Virus record (IMG/VR): IMGVR_UViG_3300015214_000001
Span: 144,459-208,458 of that record
Length of the DNA stretch: 64,000 bases
Strand: one strand, 5' to 3'
Origin: a virus
Taxonomy: Duplodnaviria; Caudoviricetes
Shown here piece after piece: positions 20,514 through 28,956 of the stretch; position 1 is the stretch's first letter, and every line of letters starts with the position of its first letter. The notes below the pieces were generated by a model that worked only from the letters and a program-made list of their open reading frames with translations, ran no database searches and was not told the origin of the DNA. A program made the translations under genes and the position numbers.

Positions 20514-21357
20514 TCAGATACTTAGCAATGTCCTTACTTGTACTCGCTAATATTTTATTGGCTGTTTCCATATCGGCATACTTATAAGTCCAATCTTTGA
20601 ACACGCTAACGATAAAGCCTAGCATCGACATCGCTTGTTCAGCGGTCATAACTTGTTTGTTCTGGTTTAGGTGTTTTCTTTCACTTTCAATTAGCTTCTT
20701 TTGTGTTTCCATCAAACGACTAATCTCATTCCAATTCTGGTGCTTCCCTAAACCCTTTGTGATAATAGTGCCGATATTGTTTAAAGCATCTGTCACCTTA
20801 TCTTTTTTGCCTTCACGAGTCGCTTTTAACATTGCATCATATTCTTTTCTTAGTTGTCTCCACGCAGCATAAGTGTCGCCAGTTTCAACATGCTTGAGAA
20901 CATCACCGAGACGCGCAGTAAGGATAGCGATCTCATCACGCATTCCTAGTAACTCTTTATCCTTACGTGCATCCTCATAGCGTTGAGATAAGGCTATGCC
21001 GACCATATCACGCGAATACTTTAAATGCGTAGCGTTGTGGTGAACGATCCCGCGAGGTGTTTTACCCCCGTGAAAGTGACAGCGGTTTCTGTCTGTAACA
21101 GGTTTCTTGCGACAAGGTTTACCTTCGCGTGTAACTGCACCGCATATCTGCTGACCATTTTCATCGTATGTGTAGATTAAACGATCACCTTTGCGCTTAA
21201 CCTTTTTAATGCCAACCCAAGCATCCTCATCAATGGGTATCTTTCGAGGCTCTGATAATACGTCAATTTCTTCTTCGATGTCACCATTGCGCTGTTGTAG
21301 CTCAATGTCTGAGTGAGATTGAGCCAATGTTATGTAGTTATTTACTTCATCAGACAT
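20467..21357 (-). CDS. terS: Terminase small subunit with HGGxSTG-type Zn motif
   Basis: CGAVTREGKPC..RCHFHGGKT..NATHLKYS; upstream of TerL. Confidence 0.75.
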   Translation of the reverse strand: MSDEVNNYITLAQSHSDIELQQRNGDIEEEIDVLSEPRKIPIDEDAWVGIKKVKRKGDRLIYTYDENGQQICGAVTREGKPCRKKPVTDRNRCHFHGGKTPRGIVHHNATHLKYSRDMVGIALSQRYEDARKDKELLGMRDEIAILTARLGDVLKHVETGDTYAAWRQLRKEYDAMLKATREGKKDKVTDALNNIGTIITKGLGKHQNWNEISRLMETQKKLIESERKHLNQNKQVMTAEQAMSMLGFIVSVFKDWTYKYADMETANKILASTSKDIAKYLNDTNTNAAPPPPEEY

Positions 21358-21451
21358 AATGCACCTACTTTAAATAACTAAAAGGCAGCATGACATCTTA
21401 TGACATCACGCCTATCTTATTGTACACAAGTTTATAGGTCATTTTAAAAGA

Positions 21452-21477
21452 AAAAGGACACCCTTAGATGTCCTTTT
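21452..21477 (-). terminator. Intrinsic terminator AAAAGGACA-cccttaga-TGTCCTTTT
   Basis: Hairpin with T-tracts downstream of 21487..21813. Confidence 0.65.
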
Positions 21478-21486
21478 AAGTCAGAA

Positions 21487-21813
21487 TTATTTCAATGTTT
21501 TGTATTGATTGTACCTAGCGCCCATCTGTCTAATACTATGTTGACTGCTTCTCAAGAACTGACGCTGCTTAGGTGATAATTGTAATTTATCTGATTGGAT
21601 AGATCGCAATGTGTCAGTATCCAAAGTTGCGATATTAGCGATGGTGGATTGGATTAAGCCGTTAATAGATGACATTGACGCATCTAATTCTGGCGCTTCT
21701 GCTACAATTTTTCTCAACACCTTCTCTACATTTTGCGCCGACTTCTTCAATTCTTTCATAGCTACTGAGTATTCTTGAGATAATACCCTGCGTTTTGTCC
21801 TATCAATTGACAT
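21487..21813 (-). CDS. Hypothetical protein
   Basis: Packed ORF. Confidence 0.55.
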   Translation of the reverse strand: MSIDRTKRRVLSQEYSVAMKELKKSAQNVEKVLRKIVAEAPELDASMSSINGLIQSTIANIATLDTDTLRSIQSDKLQLSPKQRQFLRSSQHSIRQMGARYNQYKTLK

Positions 21814-21827
21814 GGGTTATAGATACC

Positions 21828-22349
21828 TTATATGAAAATACGGTCTGTTATTGCGTTCTCTACATCACGGTTAAATTTATTTAATTCTTCTCGAACTTTA
21901 CCGCCAATTGCTCCACGCGCATAGCCTAGCGCTTTTGTCATCTCTTGTTCTTGGCTGCGTGTTAGGGTTTTGCTTAATTCGCCAGTTCCATCAGTCCATT
22001 CAAGACCAGTAAAGGGTATATCATATTTGAGATCAGTGAGTTTAAATGCTATTCCATTTCCAATCGGGTGAGAAAAGTTTGCTTGTCCAGTAAACTTGAT
22101 AGTCATTGTTGCACGGTCAGTATTTTCATCATATTTAAAATTAGTGACCTTACCCGTTAACTCATATTCCACATTTTTACCGCCACGCAACTCATACAAC
22201 TCAATGTCGCCACGACTCGCGTCTCTTGCTGTGATGGATTGCTTGTTAGTCTTGACTGAACCCATCAATTTCAATGTCTTAGCTGTTAAATTATTCTTCA
22301 ATCTTGAACTCATCTTACACACTCCGTTAAGGTGATATACGCTTAGCAT
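21828..22349 (-). CDS. Hypothetical protein, paralog of 22359..22826 (start likely MSSRLK)
   Basis: Shared LT..T.K..G..KT and ELTG..TN..Y....DR...TI...G. Confidence 0.6.
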   Translation of the reverse strand: MLSVYHLNGVCKMSSRLKNNLTAKTLKLMGSVKTNKQSITARDASRGDIELYELRGGKNVEYELTGKVTNFKYDENTDRATMTIKFTGQANFSHPIGNGIAFKLTDLKYDIPFTGLEWTDGTGELSKTLTRSQEQEMTKALGYARGAIGGKVREELNKFNRDVENAITDRIFI

Positions 22350-22358
22350 TATATCAGA

Positions 22359-22826
22359 TTATATATGTCCAAATTTATCAACAGATCGGTTAATCTGGTT
22401 TCTAGTGTTATTCCATTCATCTTTACTTATATTTTTAAGCTGGTGATGCGCCATAGAAAAAAGCCCATTTAGAGCATCTGTTTGCTGTTTAGTCGGCTTA
22501 TTCGCATTAGGCGTATAATTGCCGCCAAACCAGTTATCAATAGTTTCTGTGTCGGTAAAACGCGAATTAACAACCAATGGCAACCGATGACCATCAATAC
22601 TAATCCAGACATTCCCTATCCATTGGATTGTGATTTTTAATCGGTCATCCATGAGTGAATAATCATAGTTCGTTGTTGATCCAGTTAGTTCTATATCAAG
22701 TGTATTATCCCAACAAGTCTCTTTAAATGAGATTTGTCCGCGTTGAAGGTTAGACACCGACACATTACGATTAACCGTTTTCGCACCTAAAATCTTTTTT
22801 GTTGCTTGAGTTAGTTTTATTGACAT
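22359..22826 (-). CDS. Hypothetical protein, paralog of 21828..22349
   Basis: Same shared motifs; SD GGAG. Confidence 0.6.
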   Translation of the reverse strand: MSIKLTQATKKILGAKTVNRNVSVSNLQRGQISFKETCWDNTLDIELTGSTTNYDYSLMDDRLKITIQWIGNVWISIDGHRLPLVVNSRFTDTETIDNWFGGNYTPNANKPTKQQTDALNGLFSMAHHQLKNISKDEWNNTRNQINRSVDKFGHI

Positions 22827-22865
22827 ATTATCTCCAGTGGTCTTTTCTTAATGTGCAAAATTATA

Positions 22866-23330
22866 TCATGTGAAAAAGACAACACCATAACTTATTAAAA
22901 AGAGAATAATGTTAAATGCAAATTCCTGATAAGCAATCAATAGCGCATCGCCTTTGTAATTAACAATACCTTGATCCTTAACAATGCTTTCTAACAACAG
23001 ACCTTCAATGTAATTCAATCTATCTTGTATGATTAAATTTTCTCTTGATTTATTTAAGTATTTTAGCTCATCTGAGATAGCAATGATGTCAGTCATTTTC
23101 GCAGGCCATAATGCATATAGTGCGAGGGATATTTGTATCAGTAGGCCAAACAGCAAGAACAGGTTCAAAATGCCTAAGAAGTGGGATGTGATTATCAATA
23201 GCATCGAACTAACAAGCAATGTAGAGGCTTTATTATTATGGGAATTAAAACGGTCAGTAATACCTTGATGTTTATAGCGTAGGATATTTATTAAATCATT
23301 GTTTGCTGTTGGGAAAGTGTTTTTACGCAT
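22866..23330 (-). CDS. Membrane protein, Pycsar-TM-effector-like topology
   Basis: NNKASTLL + 2 TM helices + ALWP + soluble loop + K..L..A + C-terminal TM. Confidence 0.45.
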   Translation of the reverse strand: MRKNTFPTANNDLINILRYKHQGITDRFNSHNNKASTLLVSSMLLIITSHFLGILNLFLLFGLLIQISLALYALWPAKMTDIIAISDELKYLNKSRENLIIQDRLNYIEGLLLESIVKDQGIVNYKGDALLIAYQEFAFNIILFLISYGVVFFT

Positions 23331-23381
23331 AAAATTCTCTCTGATATATTAGTAATGTCAATTATAACATATCAGAGAGGT

Positions 23382-23405
23382 AAAAACGTGGAACTCTACG
23401 TTTTT
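23382..23405. repeat. Palindrome AAAAACGTGGA-AC-TCTACGTTTTT (copy 2, one mismatch)
   Basis: Matches the other three copies. Confidence 0.8.
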
Positions 23406-23925
23406 ATTGCGTGGTTGCAGTATCAGGCTTATTAGCATCGGAGATATGTGATAGGAAGTCTGTCATTAGTAGTAAATGAGCCGCCATTGCGTCCATTTCA
23501 ACAATCAACTTATCAATATAAGCATTCAGATATTGCTTCAATAAAATCATCATGGCATCCAAGTCTTGATACGGAATATCTTCTGCATCTGTGTAAGGCT
23601 TCAAAGGGGTATTATGCTCAAGTTCTAAGGTTGCGCCTCGCTCTACATCCAGGCGCATTGATAGGTGATTATTACTGGCGTTTTTAAGCAAGAAATGAGT
23701 ATCATCAAAAATGAGATTCACTCTATATTCTTTATCTTGACTACGACCAGTGTCAGTCAAGAAGATGACTAAATGGATATATAATCCCCCTCTAGCATAT
23801 CCACGCGCTACCATTTTTATAGTTGGCAACTCGTCATCATTATAATACTTAATAGGTGTAGATGCTGTAACCGATAACTCTAATTTATTCCATGTTTCTT
23901 CTACTGATGTTTTTTGAATTGCCAT
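23404..23925 (-). CDS. Hypothetical protein
   Basis: 173-aa ORF. Confidence 0.55.
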   Translation of the reverse strand: MAIQKTSVEETWNKLELSVTASTPIKYYNDDELPTIKMVARGYARGGLYIHLVIFLTDTGRSQDKEYRVNLIFDDTHFLLKNASNNHLSMRLDVERGATLELEHNTPLKPYTDAEDIPYQDLDAMMILLKQYLNAYIDKLIVEMDAMAAHLLLMTDFLSHISDANKPDTATTQ

Positions 23926-23945
23926 CGTATTTATCTCATGTCCTT

Positions 23946-23985
23946 TACTAAAATAAGCTCATATAACGATGAGCTTATTTTAGTA
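23946..23985 (-). terminator. Hairpin TACTAAAATAAGCTC...GAGCTTATTTTAGTA
   Basis: 15-bp inverted repeat after 24014..24949. Confidence 0.5.
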
Positions 23986-24013
23986 CATATAGCTTATAAT
24001 TCAATGAGCAATT

Positions 24014-24949
24014 TTATCTCATCTGTGTGATACGTATATAGTCTGCATCAAGCATGACAGGATCGCCGTTCAATGTCTTTGCGCTTAACCATACATAGGT
24101 TGGCAATTCTATGCCGATGCTATCTTGAAATGTTGCCACAACAAGATTATTTACAAAAAAGCTGGCATCCGTTTTATCGCCATTAATTGCAATAGCGATA
24201 GATAAGTTAACATATTCATTAGGGATAGGCACGATAGGGTTATTTTGAAATAGCCCAATAGAGCGAGGAAACCCATCTTTAATTGAACATGCGTACCACC
24301 TATCTGATGGTTCAGTGGGGCTATTATGATAAGCAAATGTGACTGCGTTCTGAGTATTGGTTACAACAGGGGAAACTGAGCTTACCAACGTCCCATCGGC
24401 ATTGCTGTGGGTATCTGAAAAACCAAACTCGATATGACAATCAGCAATTTGGTTAACACGAATTCTAGCCTCCAGGTAGATCATTTTAGGACTAGATATA
24501 AATGCTTGAATACTCGTCATTGTCGCATGATTATTAGCCACATTGTCTGTATTAAGTTGCACAACCGTATAGCCTAAATTAGGTTGAGTAACACTGCCAC
24601 CTGATGTATCCGTGAGCCATGTCTCATTACTCAGATTAACACCAATAAAATCATCAAATATACCAAATGAGCCAATCGGCTGAATACCTAACAAGTGCAT
24701 AATAGAATTGACATCGCCAATGGCACTAACAATGCCGATTAATGCCAGCAACTCCGATTCAAGTGTGCCTGATATTTCACCGAGTGATGTAATTCCGACT
24801 GGTAAAGCCACAAAATAATCGCAATTTAAATAGTATATCGTACTGATTGCTAAATCGCCGTAGTTAAAAGGTGTGCCATCAGCATATTGTGATGGAAGAT
24901 ATTTAATTTCGCCATATGAATTACGGTAGCCTAATCTTGGGTCTAGCAT
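24014..24949 (-). CDS. Concanavalin/LamG-like beta-sandwich protein; paralog of 4374..5234
   Basis: Motif correspondence listed for 4374..5234. Confidence 0.55.
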   Translation of the reverse strand: MLDPRLGYRNSYGEIKYLPSQYADGTPFNYGDLAISTIYYLNCDYFVALPVGITSLGEISGTLESELLALIGIVSAIGDVNSIMHLLGIQPIGSFGIFDDFIGVNLSNETWLTDTSGGSVTQPNLGYTVVQLNTDNVANNHATMTSIQAFISSPKMIYLEARIRVNQIADCHIEFGFSDTHSNADGTLVSSVSPVVTNTQNAVTFAYHNSPTEPSDRWYACSIKDGFPRSIGLFQNNPIVPIPNEYVNLSIAIAINGDKTDASFFVNNLVVATFQDSIGIELPTYVWLSAKTLNGDPVMLDADYIRITQMR

Positions 24950-24960
24950 TGTCTATCCTT

Positions 24961-25713
24961 TTACCCTAACCGAACACTTTTCCAACGCACTGAGGCAACT
25001 TCTTTGATCCAATCTTTGAGTGCATCCTCAAATTCAGCTATTTCATCTGCATGGCAAGTCAGAAAAATTTTCTCCATTTCAGAGGTAAATGCTGGTTCTG
25101 CATCTGCATCATCGCTTTCTTGACTAAGTTTCTCTAAAGATGATTCTTTATCACTAAGTAATTCTTGGGCAAGTAAGTGGTGTTCGGCGCGATCATCATC
25201 TGCGTTATATAATGTGTGAGAAAAATTATCAATAATCGCATTAATGTCTCCATCATCAAATGATACAAGGTGTTCACCACCTTCGACCAAGTTTGATAAA
25301 ACGTGTTGTAAGCCCCTGTCATCCCACATCCGTGAAATGTCATATAACGTAAAGTCACCGCCGATCATCGTTAGATTATTGTGGTCAATTGCATAAGACC
25401 ATGCCATTTCTTTAGTTAAGGCATTAACACCAAAATTGATAGGCATTAGCCATTCGCCTGTTTGACGGTCAACGATAATCCCTCTAGGAACTGGTTTATT
25501 ATCTAATTCCATAAGCCGTAATGCAGTTGCGCGGCCATTCCCCTCAATTAATGCGCCTAGTGTCGCATCATAGCTTGGCGGGTCTCTAAATCCATTCTTC
25601 TCAATTGACATCATAATAGCGCCGAGATCATGTTGCTTCGGGTTCTCATCCCACAATGTGGCTTCTGCTACAGGGATATATTTTATCTCTAATCGTTCTT
25701 CGTTATTCATCAT
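24961..25713 (-). CDS. ParB/sulfiredoxin-like N-terminal domain protein
   Basis: WDENPKQHD..SIEKNGFRDP..LIEGNGR..AL..YAIDHN. Confidence 0.8.
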   Translation of the reverse strand: MMNNEERLEIKYIPVAEATLWDENPKQHDLGAIMMSIEKNGFRDPPSYDATLGALIEGNGRATALRLMELDNKPVPRGIIVDRQTGEWLMPINFGVNALTKEMAWSYAIDHNNLTMIGGDFTLYDISRMWDDRGLQHVLSNLVEGGEHLVSFDDGDINAIIDNFSHTLYNADDDRAEHHLLAQELLSDKESSLEKLSQESDDADAEPAFTSEMEKIFLTCHADEIAEFEDALKDWIKEVASVRWKSVRLG

Positions 25714-25793
25714 GGTTACATATCAACCGATTATTTAATAAATAGTTATTGAAATTGTACCATGTGAGTTTATCTAAAAATAAGCAAAAAACG

Positions 25794-25802
25794 TGTTATA
25801 AT
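25794..25802 (+). promoter_or_regulatory. Extended -10 promoter TGtTATAAT with no + strand ORF downstream
   Basis: Perfect TGnTATAAT. Confidence 0.5.
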
Positions 25803-25915
25803 GTTTTTATAGAAAGCAACCTATATAGAGTAATACAGTAGCTTGTTTTCTACAGTTGGGTTTTTGTTTTCTCTATGCTCGTTTTTCATTGTATTTCTTC
25901 CTTTCTTTCTATGCA

Positions 25916-25954
25916 AAAACGCCACTGATAATGCTCCTGTCAGTGGCGTTTTTG
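25916..25954. terminator. Bidirectional intrinsic terminator AAAAACGCCACTGA...TCAGTGGCGTTTTT
   Basis: GC stem with A/T tracts on both sides, downstream of rtcB. Confidence 0.75.
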
Positions 25955-25979
25955 TGTTAAGTGGAAATGATATTATTTT

Positions 25980-27368
25980 CTACTTGCGTTTATAGGTATT
26001 TGGTTCTGCCATTCTAACGATGGTTGGCGTAAACTTCCCTACAATCCTGATATATGGCTGATGAGATAAAACTTCCTTAGCTGACTTATAAACTGCTGGC
26101 AGTTCATCTACCCCACCGCCAATCAAGTAGATGTTATGTTTATCTTTGATGTGTTGATGAACATCAAGTGATCCGAATTTCTCAATAGCTTGTCGCCTGC
26201 TCATTACTCGGCCCGCGCCATGTGACGCGCTGTTATAGCTATAATCCATACTTGCAGATGGTATATGGTCAACAATATACGCGCCTTCTGCCATCGTTGC
26301 TGGAATTACCCCTCTCTGCCCACTAACTAGTTCAGTAGCACCTTTGCGATGAATATATAATGTGTTGCCTTCACTATCTACAATTTCTGACGCAAAGTTA
26401 TGCACACTATAGACGATTGTATGGCGAGTATCTGCTGATACATTTGGGGATATAGCCTCCCATAGTCGCTTATGAACATACGCATGGCTATGACGAGCAA
26501 ACTTTCTAGCAAAGGCCATCATAGCCATATAGTCATTAATTAATTGCTTATCCATAAGAGGAGCAGCGGTAATACCCTTAGGCATTTTGAATTGTTTACG
26601 TGCTACTTCCTCAAAGTGTTTAGCGATAACTGCACCAATCCCACGACTGCCGAAATGAGACAATAACGCGGGACTAGGTTGGTCATCACCTAATCGGCGT
26701 GTATAGTATCCATATTCTACAAAATGATTTCCATCACCCGATGTGCCAAACTGGGTAGGAACTAATTGCTTGAAGGCATTATAAGTAGCGATACCTTCTT
26801 TGGTCACTAACTCTGTGGATAATTCATCTAAGGCAAGATCAAGACCATAGGTTTTATATGCCTCAAGGTCAGGTTGTTGACTATGACCAAAGAATGTGTT
26901 ATTGAGAATTGCATCAACAACAACATCATGCGCTACATCTTCAAAAGACTCAGGACTACTGAAATAAACAGAACAAGCTAAGTCAGCGCTTGCCCATTCT
27001 GGAACAGGATGCTTACTGGCGATTACACCACCAACAGGCATCCCATTTTCCCTTGTGCGATGTGCATCAGGCATTAATGCGCCACCAACAACTGTTTCTA
27101 GCGATAACATGGCATTCATGTCAGCAATTGCCGATGGCTCAATCAGCGAACCACCAAATACGGTCATATCAGGTTTATGTTTATGTAATGGTAAATCTTT
27201 TGGCGCATTATTCTTTAAGAATTGCGCTTTTTCCTTCAACCATACCCAAACATCATCGTAACTATGACCTTCATTAAGCATCTTAAACGGGATGCTATGA
27301 TCTGGAAACTGATGTTTCTTCATGTAATCTTGGATAGCTTGGTTTGATGTTTTATTGCTCATTAGCAT
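25980..27368 (-). CDS. rtcB: RtcB-family RNA ligase
   Basis: MPDAH, ADLACS, GDGNHFVE, HFGSRGIG, HNFA, HRKGAT, SASHGAGR, DELPAVYK. Confidence 0.93.
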   Translation of the reverse strand: MLMSNKTSNQAIQDYMKKHQFPDHSIPFKMLNEGHSYDDVWVWLKEKAQFLKNNAPKDLPLHKHKPDMTVFGGSLIEPSAIADMNAMLSLETVVGGALMPDAHRTRENGMPVGGVIASKHPVPEWASADLACSVYFSSPESFEDVAHDVVVDAILNNTFFGHSQQPDLEAYKTYGLDLALDELSTELVTKEGIATYNAFKQLVPTQFGTSGDGNHFVEYGYYTRRLGDDQPSPALLSHFGSRGIGAVIAKHFEEVARKQFKMPKGITAAPLMDKQLINDYMAMMAFARKFARHSHAYVHKRLWEAISPNVSADTRHTIVYSVHNFASEIVDSEGNTLYIHRKGATELVSGQRGVIPATMAEGAYIVDHIPSASMDYSYNSASHGAGRVMSRRQAIEKFGSLDVHQHIKDKHNIYLIGGGVDELPAVYKSAKEVLSHQPYIRIVGKFTPTIVRMAEPNTYKRK

Positions 27369-28303
27369 CCCCTCAGTTCAGCTACTTTGAATTTAATCTC
27401 ATCTATGAAAAAGTTGTCTGCTGATCCCTTTAAACGGTTGATGCTAAATTCATCTTTGGCGTGGGCTACAAACTCATTATAATCTCCCCATTTGCCATAG
27501 ATTTCATCAGCCAATTGATTGCGCCAAATAATAGCATCCTTGATAGAGACGTTGCCAGTCCTAATGCCCTTAAGTGTTTCTTGTTCATCACCAACCATCG
27601 CAGTTTGCATAAAAGCATCCCCAGTAGTAGAAGCGTATCTGTGACGAAACATTGATACGTCAATATATCTACTGATGCTTGATAAGCGCTCGGCTATACG
27701 TGCAGTGTCTCTTTCACTATCAGCGGATGTCAATATGCTTTTAGCTACGATAATGCGCCGAATAGCATCAGCTAAATCTTTGCGACATTCAACTTCATTG
27801 CCCTGAGAATAATGATAAAATGCTTGAGCTAATTTGCTAGAACGCTTACTAGACAAACACAATGAAGGGTCATCACACCACAACAATAAGGTTTTGCTAT
27901 CAAAGTTTCCTGATCCACCTAGTAACCTAAACACTGTCTTTTTAGAGATCAGCTTAGGTGCTAACAGACGTGCTAATTTTCCCACAGCGTCTTGTTTCCA
28001 AACATGCGATTCATCAGCAAATAAAACATCAAAATATTCTGGTGTCCCCTTGCTATAAATAGCATCAAAGAAATCTGACACAAAATAAGTTGTCATGTCA
28101 ACATTGGCAATTTTACTACTCTGACTTCTGCTGACTGTTTCCCCGCCAACATTTAACAGCTTGCGATAACCTACGGAAAAGAACCCCCGCAAATCAGTAT
28201 CGCTTACCTTTAATGGCAATGAAGATTGATTAACATCATTTTCGGTGATCTGTAATCCATATAGGATACTGCCGACTTTAGTTACTAAATGCAACATTTC
28301 CAT
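27362..28303 (-). CDS. Pol-beta-superfamily nucleotidyltransferase (RlaP/YcgL-like)
   Basis: VGSILYGL...SDTDLRG signature; overlaps the rtcB start. Confidence 0.75.
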   Translation of the reverse strand: MEMLHLVTKVGSILYGLQITENDVNQSSLPLKVSDTDLRGFFSVGYRKLLNVGGETVSRSQSSKIANVDMTTYFVSDFFDAIYSKGTPEYFDVLFADESHVWKQDAVGKLARLLAPKLISKKTVFRLLGGSGNFDSKTLLLWCDDPSLCLSSKRSSKLAQAFYHYSQGNEVECRKDLADAIRRIIVAKSILTSADSERDTARIAERLSSISRYIDVSMFRHRYASTTGDAFMQTAMVGDEQETLKGIRTGNVSIKDAIIWRNQLADEIYGKWGDYNEFVAHAKDEFSINRLKGSADNFFIDEIKFKVAELRGC

Positions 28304-28306
28304 AAG

Positions 28307-28858
28307 CTATTTCAACCTAACTGAAATATCACCAGTAATTGACACTTCTGCACCAGCAAATAACTTTTGCACTGTATCTGCTGGAAGGCTAACGCGATGA
28401 TTAACATCGGCACGGCTTACTAATAGATGGAGGACACCGTAAGATGGGTAATCTTCATCAGTCATTTCTTCTCGATCTTCCCATTCATTCTTACTCAATT
28501 CTGGTAAGACTAAAAACCCTTCTGCGCCTTCACCACCACCACGAATGAACACATCATAAGTCAGATATGATGTGCGCCACATGCGGCTGCTTTGCAAGTA
28601 CACTTTATGAGCATCAATGTCACTTACCTGATAAAGAACGGCAAGTGTTTCTTTCTGCCTATTCATCGAAATAATAACAGGTGGCACTCCAGTTTCATGA
28701 GCCATTTCTAAAGCATCCAGGAATGGACTAGTTACTGAGCGTGGTAGCGTAATGTCATCATAGCCGACACGCAATTGAATATTGCCATCAGCATCTGTTG
28801 CTTTCTTGAGGCGATCTAGCGCCCACGAAAATTGATCGTTATCGTTGGTGTTATTCAT
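28307..28858 (-). CDS. Hypothetical protein
   Basis: SD AAGGAG; first gene of the rtcB operon. Confidence 0.65.
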   Translation of the reverse strand: MNNTNDNDQFSWALDRLKKATDADGNIQLRVGYDDITLPRSVTSPFLDALEMAHETGVPPVIISMNRQKETLAVLYQVSDIDAHKVYLQSSRMWRTSYLTYDVFIRGGGEGAEGFLVLPELSKNEWEDREEMTDEDYPSYGVLHLLVSRADVNHRVSLPADTVQKLFAGAEVSITGDISVRLK

Positions 28859-28956
28859 TGAAATTTCTCCTTATAATTCGTGCAAATATCATATTACCAG
28901 TTCAAAGAATATTGGTCAATAGGGAAGGGATGATCTTAATCACCCCTTTCACACGA

